Shown here in pieces: positions 1-7,701 of a stretch of 64,000 bases of DNA. This stretch comes from Parcubacteria group bacterium GW2011_GWA2_42_14 (GTDB lineage: Bacteria > Patescibacteriota > Minisyncoccia > Sungbacterales > GWA2-42-14). Under the pieces are notes generated by a model. The model was given only the letters and a program-made list of their open reading frames with translations. It did not search any database and was not told where the DNA came from. Location of the stretch: the NCBI GenBank assembly GCA_000998135.1, contig LCCV01000010.1:9073-73072 (forward strand). The letters are read 5' to 3'. The position numbers and the translations under genes were made by a program. Every line of letters starts with the position of its first letter. Position 1 is the stretch's first letter.

Positions 1-2
1 TT

Positions 3-605
3 CGCGGAGGATTAAAGGGCGCGGGAGCCATTGTTACAGCTGATGAGCTTAAAAAAGCCGAAGAGGAAGTTACGGCTAAGGCTTTTGAGGAGGCCAGAAA
101 AGAATTGGATTCAAAAATTCCTCCCGGTTATATGTTGCGCAATAAGGACATGCTGCGGAAGGGCGGCAGTGTTATTAAAATTACCAAAGTATCAAAACCG
201 CGCGCGGGAGAAGCGGTAAGGACTTTTACGGTAGCCGCCGATGCTGTTGCCAGCGCTACGCTTTTTAAAGAAGACGATTTGTATTTACTGCTTTCAAAAC
301 TCGTGATAAAGGAAGGTTCGCGGGAAAGCATACTGAAGCAAAAAACGGATATTAATCCCACTCAAACAAATTTTGATTTTGATAACCGTCTGCTTACTTT
401 TAATATTGGAGATAATTTGGTTTTAAGTTACGATATTGACCAGGAAAGATTAAAAAATGAAATTGGAGGAAAATCTAAAAGCGAGGCGGAGGATATTTTA
501 CGGGACAGGCCGGAATTTACGGGTTTTGTCGTGGAAATTTCTCCGTTTTGGGTAAAGAAAGTGCCGTCCAATCCCAAGAAGGTTGATATTAAAGTTGAGT
601 TATGA
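3..605 (+). CDS. Conserved CPR hypothetical protein, C-terminal part (possibly baseplate J/gp47-like); 5'-partial
   Basis: Frame open from position 3 to TGA at 603-605. C-terminus 'VEISPFWVKKVPSNPKKVDI' resembles a recurring Parcubacteria family (from recollection). Confidence 0.6.
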   Translation, partial: RGGLKGAGAIVTADELKKAEEEVTAKAFEEARKELDSKIPPGYMLRNKDMLRKGGSVIKITKVSKPRAGEAVRTFTVAADAVASATLFKEDDLYLLLSKLVIKEGSRESILKQKTDINPTQTNFDFDNRLLTFNIGDNLVLSYDIDQERLKNEIGGKSKSEAEDILRDRPEFTGFVVEISPFWVKKVPSNPKKVDIKVEL

Positions 606-630
606 CCCCATACTAAATTTTGAACAAATT

Positions 631-1791
631 ATGAAATTTGATGTAGCCATTGTTGGAGCCGGGCCGGCCGGAAGCTGGCTGGCTAGAGAGCTTGCCAAAA
701 ACAATATTTCCGTTGTCTTGTTTGAACGTTCGCCGGTTATCGGCGAGCCAAATTTTTCCAGCGCCGGTTCTCCCGCGTATACGGTTGAACGATTCCGTCT
801 TCCTCCGGCATCCGTTGCGGCACGGTGGGATATTCTTCGCATAAATGGCCCCACCACCACATTTAGCTGGCGATATGATACGCCGATAGGTGTTGTTTTT
901 GACTTCCGCGAATTGAAAGTTTTACTTCTTAAAGAAGCGGAAAAGATGGGCGCAATTATCAAGCTGGGGTCCACGGTAGAGAATGTTAAAATTCTTAATG
1001 ATTATTCAGAGATATATGTCAAATCGGAAAAAGAAGCGTATCGCGCCAAAGTAGTAGTAGATGCATCAGGTCCTTCCGGGGTTATAGCTACACGATTAGG
1101 GATGAGAAAAGCCATACCGATAAAACCCTCGGTTGGTCTTGAAATTATAGCTGAAACGCCGCAGGCCCCAATAGATGTTTTTCGTACTCTCGATTTTTAT
1201 TTTGGCCGTGTATGGGTTCCGCATGGATACGGTTGGATTTTTCCCATGATGAAACCATGCGTAAAGATCGGCGTAGGTGTTTTTCAACTCGCGCGTTATG
1301 GAGGAGGCCCTCGATTAGAAGATTTCCTCAATGAATTAATTAAGCGGGTTCCTTATCTTTCCGGACATCATATTGTTGAAACACATGGCGGCATGCTTTA
1401 TGGAATGGGGATTCGACATCACGTATTTAAAAATGTTATAGCAATTGGTGATGCCGCGGATCAAGTAAACCCTTTGGGGGGTGAAGGAATCCGGCATGCT
1501 CTTCAATCTGCGGAATTTGCGCGCGATGTTATACTTGATGCCATTGCAAAAAATGATTTAGCGCGATTGGAACAATACGATATACGGTGGAGAAAATATA
1601 TCGGGTGGCGGTGGTGGAAATGTCGTATCCTTGCGCAGTTTTTTTATCATCATTTCTCCGATAGCATGCATGACAATTTTGTAAGAGCCGTATCCAAGAT
1701 TACTGCCCAGGAGATTTTTGACGCTCTTTTCGAATATAAGATATGGCCAAGTATACATGCCAGATTATTCAAACGACATACGGGGTATTGA
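631..1791 (+). CDS. Geranylgeranyl reductase family FAD-dependent oxidoreductase
   Basis: DVAIVGAGPAG Rossmann motif, DASG, GYGWIFP, GDAADQVNPLGGEGI. ATG at 631 preferred to the TTG at 583. Confidence 0.85.
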   Translation: MKFDVAIVGAGPAGSWLARELAKNNISVVLFERSPVIGEPNFSSAGSPAYTVERFRLPPASVAARWDILRINGPTTTFSWRYDTPIGVVFDFRELKVLLLKEAEKMGAIIKLGSTVENVKILNDYSEIYVKSEKEAYRAKVVVDASGPSGVIATRLGMRKAIPIKPSVGLEIIAETPQAPIDVFRTLDFYFGRVWVPHGYGWIFPMMKPCVKIGVGVFQLARYGGGPRLEDFLNELIKRVPYLSGHHIVETHGGMLYGMGIRHHVFKNVIAIGDAADQVNPLGGEGIRHALQSAEFARDVILDAIAKNDLARLEQYDIRWRKYIGWRWWKCRILAQFFYHHFSDSMHDNFVRAVSKITAQEIFDALFEYKIWPSIHARLFKRHTGY

Positions 1792-1936
1792 CAATGCCCT
1801 TTTTATTTATTACATTTGGTATATTACTCATTATTTGACGTGTTTTAAATCAAATTAACCGCATTTTTAAACGCTTATAGACGCAGGCGGCGTTGGAGCG
1901 TTTTATTTTGTGTTTTAAACAGTAAAATAGCGTCGG

Positions 1937-2152
1937 ATGGCAAAAGAAAGAATTTACAAGGAAGGAGCCGTTGAGGAGGCCTTGGGGGGCACGCTTTTTC
2001 GCGTAAAACTGGATGATGGAGGGGAAATGCTCGCGCATCCTTCGGGCAAAATGCGCTTAAATTATATTAAAATTCTTCCCGGAGACAGGGTTCGCGTTGA
2101 GCCGTCGCCGTATGACGGGAAGAGGGGGAGAATAGTTCACCGATTAAAATAA
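1937..2152 (+). CDS. infA: Translation initiation factor IF-1
   Basis: [29 protein letters not shown]; upstream of rpmJ/rpsM. Confidence 0.97.
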   Translation: MAKERIYKEGAVEEALGGTLFRVKLDDGGEMLAHPSGKMRLNYIKILPGDRVRVEPSPYDGKRGRIVHRLK

Positions 2153-2225
2153 ATCATGATTCATGAATAATGAATAATGAATCAAGTAAACGATTTATGT
2201 TTCAGGTTTCATGTTTCAAGTATGA

Positions 2226-2339
2226 ATGAAGGTACGCGCTTCGGTAAAAAAATTTTGCATGAAATGCAGGACGGTGCGCCGCAAAAGGCGGATTTTTGTC
2301 ATTTGCAGCAACCCCAAACATAAACAGAGGCAAGGATAA
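2226..2339 (+). CDS. rpmJ: 50S ribosomal protein L36 (not in ORF track)
   Basis: Hand translation [37 protein letters not shown]. Confidence 0.97.
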   Translation: MKVRASVKKFCMKCRTVRRKRRIFVICSNPKHKQRQG

Positions 2340-2404
2340 ATCATGGGTCATGAATCATGAATCAAAGAAAGATTTATGTTTCAAGTTTCATGTTTCAAGC
2401 GTGA

Positions 2405-2791
2405 ATGAGAATTGTAGGCATTAACATCCCTGATAATAAAAAAATTGAAATCGCCCTGCGATATATTTTTGGTGTCGGGCCGGGCTTGGCAAAACTCATT
2501 TTAAAAACGGCGCAGGTTGACGTTAATAAACGCGCTAAAGATTTGTCGCCTGACGAAATTAACCGCGTTCGAGACATTATTGAGAAAAATTATAAGATTG
2601 AAGGTGATTTGAGACGTGAAATAATGATGAATATTAAGCGGTTAAAAGAAGTGGGGACTTATCGCGGTTTACGGCACATTAGAGGTCTTCCGGCAAGAGG
2701 ACAGCGCACCAAGACGAATTCCCGCACACGGCGCGGAAATGTGCGTAAGACGATGGGCTCGGGAAGGAAACCGGCGTCAAGTCCTACATAA
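2405..2791 (+). CDS. rpsM: 30S ribosomal protein S13
   Basis: [23 protein letters not shown] motif. Confidence 0.98.
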   Translation: MRIVGINIPDNKKIEIALRYIFGVGPGLAKLILKTAQVDVNKRAKDLSPDEINRVRDIIEKNYKIEGDLRREIMMNIKRLKEVGTYRGLRHIRGLPARGQRTKTNSRTRRGNVRKTMGSGRKPASSPT

Positions 2792-2862
2792 AAATCATGA
2801 GTCATGAATCATGAATCAAAGAAAGATTTATGTTTCAAGTTTCATGTTTCAGGTTACACGAG

Positions 2863-3318
2863 ATGGGCAAAAAGAGAATAAAAGAAGATGCTAACGAAGA
2901 AGGAAAGAGCGCCTCAGGAGAGGCGGCTGTTAAGAAGTCTGCTGAAACAAAAGTTAAGGGTCGGGTGGAAGCAGTTAAAAAAGCTTTTGTTTATATTCAG
3001 GCCACTTATAATAATACCATTATCAGTCTTAGCGACGAGAAAGGTAATGTTTTGGCATGGTCTTCTGCCGGGGCCCTGGGGTTTAAAGGAACGAAAAAAT
3101 CAACGCCGTATGCGGCGGCTCGCGTGGCAGAATCATTGGTTGATAAGGCGGGCAAAATCAGTATTCCCGAAGTTGTTGTTTTGGTAAAGGGCGTTGGTTC
3201 TGGCAGAGAGTCGGCGATTAGAGCGCTTGTCAACAGGGGTCTGAATGTAACTTTTATTAAGGATGTAACGCCGATTCCGCATAACGGGCCAAGGGCGAGA
3301 AAAGTTAGACGTGTTTAA
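2863..3318 (+). CDS. rpsK: 30S ribosomal protein S11
   Basis: [30 protein letters not shown]. The upstream ATG at 2830 lies in a repeat. Confidence 0.97.
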   Translation: MGKKRIKEDANEEGKSASGEAAVKKSAETKVKGRVEAVKKAFVYIQATYNNTIISLSDEKGNVLAWSSAGALGFKGTKKSTPYAAARVAESLVDKAGKISIPEVVVLVKGVGSGRESAIRALVNRGLNVTFIKDVTPIPHNGPRARKVRRV

Positions 3319-3319
3319 T

Positions 3320-3407
3320 ATCACTAATCAATTTCGAATTATTTCGCGAATGCCTGTGGTGAGCTTGTCGAACTATTCGCGAACGAAATTAGCGACTGAT
3401 TAGAGAT
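3320..3407. repeat. Nested palindrome: outer ATCACTAATC...GATTAGAGAT hairpin with inner CCTGTGGTGAGCTTGTCGAAC REP-like unit
   Basis: Inverted arms TTCGCGAAT...ATTCGCGAA enclose 3353-3375; related inner units at 23229 and 40048. Confidence 0.75.
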
Positions 3408-3410
3408 TTA

Positions 3411-4034
3411 ATGAGGGTATTAGAAAAAGTTGAACGTCGTTTAGGTGAAAAGCTCTTTTTAAAAGGGGAGCGTTGTCTTGGGCCAAAATGCGCTCATATT
3501 CGCCGTCCTTATCCGCCTGGTGTTCACGGCAAGGGTTCGAGAGCCAGTAACTCTGAATTCGGAATTCAGCTTCGAGAAAAACAAAAAGTAAAATTTTTAT
3601 ACGGTCTTCGGGAGCGGATGCTTGCAAGATATTTCGGTAAAGCTCTTCGCGACAAAAAACATCCGACCGGAGATGCCCTTGTTAATACGCTTGAAAAACG
3701 TTTTGATAATGTTATTTTTAGGGCGGGTTTTGTCGTTTCCCGAAGCATCGCCCGTCATCTTGTAAGTTACGGGCACGTGCTTGTTAATAAACGCACGGTT
3801 ACCAAGCCTTCTTATTCGGTCAGAATCGGCGATATTATAGAATTGTCGCCTAAGGTTTTTAATAATCATGTTTTTGGCGAAGAATTTTTATTCCGTATCA
3901 AAAAACACGAAGCTCCGGAATGGATTAAATTGGATAAGGAAAAGAAAATCGCCGAAATTATAAAAGAGCCGTATGAAAGCGATTTAATTATTGACCCAAA
4001 TATAAAATTAGTTGTTGAGTACTATTCTCGTTAG
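3411..4034 (+). CDS. rpsD: 30S ribosomal protein S4
   Basis: LFLKGERC, RRPYPPGVHG, QLREKQK, ARHLVSYGH, VVEYYSR. Confidence 0.97.
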   Translation: MRVLEKVERRLGEKLFLKGERCLGPKCAHIRRPYPPGVHGKGSRASNSEFGIQLREKQKVKFLYGLRERMLARYFGKALRDKKHPTGDALVNTLEKRFDNVIFRAGFVVSRSIARHLVSYGHVLVNKRTVTKPSYSVRIGDIIELSPKVFNNHVFGEEFLFRIKKHEAPEWIKLDKEKKIAEIIKEPYESDLIIDPNIKLVVEYYSR

Positions 4035-4124
4035 CGACAAGAGACAAGAGACAAGCGACATGGCAATTTAAAAACGATACCAGTTTTTAAAAAAACATGT
4101 CTCATGTTTCATGTCACATGTTGC
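4034..4124. repeat. 7-bp-periodic hairpin, GACAAGA/CATGTYW family (related copies 9181-9235, 15296-15351, 54848-54917)
   Basis: gacaagagacaagagacaagcgacatg ... catgtctcatgtttcatgtcacatgttgc. Confidence 0.85.
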
Positions 4125-4130
4125 AAAAAA

Positions 4131-5084
4131 ATGATACCATTACCACAAAAACCAAAAGTAATCATCGAAGAAGGCAATAGGGGGGTTTATGAAATTGAGA
4201 GCTTGTATCCCGGATACGGCCATACTCTCGGCAATTCTTTAAGAAGAGTTCTTCTTTCTTCCCTAAGCGGCGCGGTAATAACTTCTGTAAAAATTGAGGG
4301 CGTGCAGCATGAATTCTCTACTATTCAGGGAGTTCTTGAAGATATGGTTGATATTATACTGAATTTAAAGCAGGTCAGATTTAAAATACACGGTGAAGGT
4401 TTTTATAAAATAAACCTTGAGGCCAAGGGAGAGGGTGAGGTTACAGCCAAAGATTTTTCATTGCCTTCTCAGGTGGAAGTGCAAAATCCCGAGCTTCATA
4501 TAGCCACCCTGACCGATAAAAAAACAGTTTTTAAATTAGAAGCGGAAGTTGAAACCGGCCTTGGTTATCAGTCGGTGGAATCAAGGAAAAAAGAAAAGGT
4601 TGAAATCGGTTCAATCGCGCTGGATGCTTCTTTTTCGCCGGTTAGGCTCGTAAATTACGAAGTGGAAAATATGCGGGTAGGGGACAGAACGGATTATAAC
4701 CTTCTTCGTATTCATATTAATACTGATAGCTCCATTGCGCCCAGAGAAGCCTTAAAACAGGCATCGGCTATTTTGGTGGGGCAATTTCAGGAACTTGCCG
4801 GCGTGTTTGAGGAAAAAGGAAAAGAGGCGCCTGAATTAAGGGCGGTGGAGGTTCTAGAGGGGCCCGGAGAAACATATGAAGAAGAATCTTCTAAGAAAAA
4901 AATAGAAGATCTAGGTTTTTCTAACAGAACCATGAATGCGTTGAATAAGGCGGGTATAAAGAATATAGGATCTTTGGTTAAAAAAACAGAAAAGAAGCTA
5001 AAGGAAATTGAAGGACTTGGAGATAAGGGCATACGGGAAATAAAGAAAGAATTGGGGAACCTTGGGGTTACATTGAAACAGTAA
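4131..5084 (+). CDS. rpoA: RNA polymerase subunit alpha
   Basis: GYGHTLGNSLRRVLLSS, HEFSTI, DASFSPV, alpha-CTD. Confidence 0.98.
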   Translation: MIPLPQKPKVIIEEGNRGVYEIESLYPGYGHTLGNSLRRVLLSSLSGAVITSVKIEGVQHEFSTIQGVLEDMVDIILNLKQVRFKIHGEGFYKINLEAKGEGEVTAKDFSLPSQVEVQNPELHIATLTDKKTVFKLEAEVETGLGYQSVESRKKEKVEIGSIALDASFSPVRLVNYEVENMRVGDRTDYNLLRIHINTDSSIAPREALKQASAILVGQFQELAGVFEEKGKEAPELRAVEVLEGPGETYEEESSKKKIEDLGFSNRTMNALNKAGIKNIGSLVKKTEKKLKEIEGLGDKGIREIKKELGNLGVTLKQ

Positions 5085-5085
5085 G

Positions 5086-5181
5086 GCGACCCCAATTTAC
5101 GAATAGCACTCGAATGACTCGAATAACGCGAAACGGAAACATTTGAATCATTCGGGTGAATTCGAGTCGTATTAGAGTCGC
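5086..5181. repeat. 96-bp imperfect palindromic element, copy 1
   Basis: GCGACCCCAAT...ATTAGAGTCGC; one mismatch to the copy at 6222-6317. Confidence 0.95.
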
Positions 5182-5187
5182 TCCATA

Positions 5188-5538
5188 ATGAAACATCTTA
5201 AGAAAGGCAGAAAATTCGGAAGAGTTAAGAAAGTTCGGGAGGCCTTGCTAAAAAGCCTTGCTTATTCGTTTTTAACGCATGGCCGAATAAATACTACCGA
5301 AGCCAAAGCAAAAGAACTTCGCGGTTTTATGGAAAAAATAATCACTCATGCCAAAGCGGGCGGGCTGGCTAAAAGGCGTTTAGTCGCGGGAATTTTACCG
5401 CCGCGTACCGTAAAAAAACTTTTTGAAGAAATAGCGCCTGATTTTAAAGATAGAAAAGGCGGATATACAAGAATTATCCGGCTTGGTGTAAGAAAAAGCG
5501 ACGGAGCCAGAATGGCGATTATTGAGTTGTTGAATTGA
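5188..5538 (+). CDS. rplQ: 50S ribosomal protein L17
   Basis: RINTTEAKAKELR, RKGGYTRII, DGARMAIIEL. Confidence 0.97.
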   Translation: MKHLKKGRKFGRVKKVREALLKSLAYSFLTHGRINTTEAKAKELRGFMEKIITHAKAGGLAKRRLVAGILPPRTVKKLFEEIAPDFKDRKGGYTRIIRLGVRKSDGARMAIIELLN

Positions 5539-5619
5539 AAAATTTTTGTAGGTTAAGGAAAACAACTACTTATAAAAGGTCGATGAATTTATGCTATTGA
5601 TGAATAAAAAATTAAAGTT

Positions 5620-5796
5620 ATGGAATTTGGACAAGAAAAAAGTTTTGGAGATCCTGCAAGGATCCTTGAAGAACAAAGATATCTCGGTCTTCTAAAAAAA
5701 ATAGAAAGTGGAATAGAATTATCAAAGACTGAACGGATAGATTATGAGCGGTTACACCCTTTATATGGTTTAGATAAACAAACAGTGAAAGAGTAA
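5620..5796 (+). CDS. Small hypothetical protein (58 aa, not in ORF track)
   Basis: MEFGQEKSFGDPARILEEQRYLGLLKKIESGIELSKTERIDYERLHPLYGLDKQTVKE*; fills the rplQ-rplM gap. Confidence 0.55.
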   Translation: MEFGQEKSFGDPARILEEQRYLGLLKKIESGIELSKTERIDYERLHPLYGLDKQTVKE

Positions 5797-5871
5797 TTGT
5801 TATTTTACCATTTTTTAGATGCTACAGTTGTAAAATAACAACTGAGGGATTTTAGTTGGTTGTTTAATAGT

Positions 5872-6222
5872 ATGGAACACAAGTTTGACGCATCAGGCAA
5901 AATACTTGGAAGATTGGCAACGGAAATTGCCGGAATTTTGATGGATAAAAACACACCGTCTTTTGCTCCGAATAAAATGCCCAAAAATACGGCGGCTGTT
6001 GTTAATACCGACAATATCGTTGTTACCGGCAAAAAATTAAAAAATAAAATGTACTACCGCCATTCTGGGTATATTGGAAATTTGAAAACATCACGGCTTG
6101 AGGAAGAAATGAAAAAAGATTCACGCCGGGTTTTATACAAAGCCGTATGGAATATGCTGCCCAAAAATAAATTAAGAAAATTAAGGATGAAAAATTTGAA
6201 ACTTTATAAAAGAGATAAGTAG
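5872..6222 (+). CDS. rplM: 50S ribosomal protein L13
   Basis: DASGKILGRLATEIA, YYRHSGYIGNLK, MLPKNKL. Confidence 0.96.
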   Translation: MEHKFDASGKILGRLATEIAGILMDKNTPSFAPNKMPKNTAAVVNTDNIVVTGKKLKNKMYYRHSGYIGNLKTSRLEEEMKKDSRRVLYKAVWNMLPKNKLRKLRMKNLKLYKRDK

Positions 6223-6317
6223 CGACCCCAATTTACGAATAGCACTCGAATGACCCGAATAACGCGAAACGGAAACATTTGAATCATTCGGGTGAATTCG
6301 AGTCGTATTAGAGTCGC
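6222..6317. repeat. 96-bp imperfect palindromic element, copy 2
   Basis: Near-identical to 5086-5181. Confidence 0.95.
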
Positions 6318-6324
6318 CTCCTTA

Positions 6325-7017
6325 ATGATTAAGAAAGCAGATACAAAAGAAAAAAAAGCAAAAACCGTTGCTAAAAAGGCGGTGAAAGAAAAGGAATTAA
6401 AAAAAGAATCGGCTGTTAAAAAGCCGGTTGTTGAAGTTTCGGTTAAAGAGGTAATAAAACCGGTTAAGGCCGTTGATGATAATTCTTCTTTCGTTTCCGC
6501 CACGGGCGGAAAAACCGCGGAAGTTCAGGAAAAAAGGGTTGAAGCGAAAAAGAAAACTATTGAAAAAAAACCGGAAGAAAAAAAAGAGCCGGTTTCGGAC
6601 AAAACCCTTGAAATCGCGCCTAAGCCGGATCGTTATTGGGAAGCGGTGGGAAGAAGGAAAACGGCTATTGCCAGAGTCCGGCTTTTTACGAAAGGCGATA
6701 AGGTTTTAGTTGTCAACGGCAAGCCGTATGACGTTTATTTTCAGGATTTAGCGCATAGAGCCGTGGTGGAAGACGCTTTGAAAAAAATGAAGTCATTGGA
6801 AAGATTTCGGATGTCGGCTAAAGTTCAAGGCGGAGGAATCCACGCGCAGGCCGAGGCGATCAGGCACGGAATTTCCCGCGCTCTTACAAAATTTAACCCC
6901 GATTTCAAAAAACGTCTTCGTCGCGCTGGTTATTTAACCCGCGACCCAAGGATGAAAGAGCGCAAAAAATTCGGATTGAAAAAGGCAAGGCGCGCTCCCC
7001 AGTGGGCGAAGCGATAA
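6325..7017 (+). CDS. rpsI: 30S ribosomal protein S9 with long Lys/Glu-rich N-terminal extension
   Basis: AVGRRKTAIARV, GGGIHAQAEAIRHG, LTRDPRMKERKKFGLKKARRAPQWAKR. Confidence 0.96.
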   Translation: MIKKADTKEKKAKTVAKKAVKEKELKKESAVKKPVVEVSVKEVIKPVKAVDDNSSFVSATGGKTAEVQEKRVEAKKKTIEKKPEEKKEPVSDKTLEIAPKPDRYWEAVGRRKTAIARVRLFTKGDKVLVVNGKPYDVYFQDLAHRAVVEDALKKMKSLERFRMSAKVQGGGIHAQAEAIRHGISRALTKFNPDFKKRLRRAGYLTRDPRMKERKKFGLKKARRAPQWAKR

Positions 7018-7147
7018 ACGAGCCCTCAGACACGCCTCTCCACGCAAAAATAAAGGATAAATCGGACTTGAGCATTCGGTTGACGGAAAAATAAATGAGC
7101 GTTTCGGATATGTTGTCTTCAGGAAGTTTATAGTTGTTGAATTTGAA

Positions 7148-7180
7148 CAAGAACCGCGATTTTCGCGGTTCTTGACTTTT
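7148..7180 (+). terminator. Intrinsic terminator after rpsI
   Basis: CAAGAACCGCGA-TT-TTCGCGGTTCTTG hairpin followed by a short T run. Confidence 0.65.
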
Positions 7181-7230
7181 AATAGAGGTATGTTACTGAT
7201 AAGAGCAATTCCTTAAATGCGGAGGAGTTG

Positions 7231-7623
7231 ATGAGAGAAATGAGAGAAGTCACCAAAGACGAAATTCGTAACGAAATTGACGAGTTTGAAAGTGCTTTGA
7301 AAAATCCTGGTTTTCCAGAGTTGTTTGATACCGTTCGTCCCTCAATACTTGCAGATGCTACCTTTGTTCTTGCGATAACGACGGGTGGTTGTAAGGTCAT
7401 TTTGACCGGAAAGGTTGCGGAGGTTTCCTATCAACATACTTCCATTTTTATTACTCTTCAGACAGATGGAAAGTTTTTTGGTAAAGATGGCACATTTCAT
7501 TATCTTTGCGGTTTCTTTTATGACTCATACGGTCCGCTTGGGTGGATACCGGATTTCGTTGGCGGCCGTATACCAGAAGGTGTATACTGCCAGATAAAAT
7601 TTTTTGTTCCTTATAGTTTCTAA
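7231..7623 (+). CDS. Hypothetical protein (stand-alone cassette)
   Basis: GGAGGAG SD upstream; CCGCA..TGCGG hairpin plus T8 downstream. Confidence 0.7.
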   Translation: MREMREVTKDEIRNEIDEFESALKNPGFPELFDTVRPSILADATFVLAITTGGCKVILTGKVAEVSYQHTSIFITLQTDGKFFGKDGTFHYLCGFFYDSYGPLGWIPDFVGGRIPEGVYCQIKFFVPYSF

Positions 7624-7701
7624 TTTATTACCGCATGGTTCGCCTTGCGGTTTTTTTATTTGAAAATTTCCTAAGCTTAAAAGATTAATTGTTCAAAGTT
7701 A

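Larger units (their letters stand above)
2151..2853. repeat. Three copies of a 7-bp-periodic imperfect hairpin (2151-2220, 2338-2399, 2792-2853)
   Basis: Each is (ATGAATC)n-type arm, then GATTTAT, then (GTTTCAT/GTTTCAA)n arm. They occupy the spacers after infA, rpmJ and rpsM. Confidence 0.92.

Noticed and set aside
2830-4130. ORF-track N-terminal extensions ([11 protein letters not shown] on S11, MFHVTCCKK on RpoA; likewise murA, greA, 15337, lysS, GH1)
   Set aside because: They arise from chance start codons in upstream repeats or leaders; downstream ATGs fit the family N-termini better.
2151-6317. Recurring repeats separated by unique sequence, as a possible CRISPR or integron attC array
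   Set aside because: The intervening sequences are whole ribosomal genes, repeats are too long and variable, and no cas gene, integrase or attC consensus was seen.
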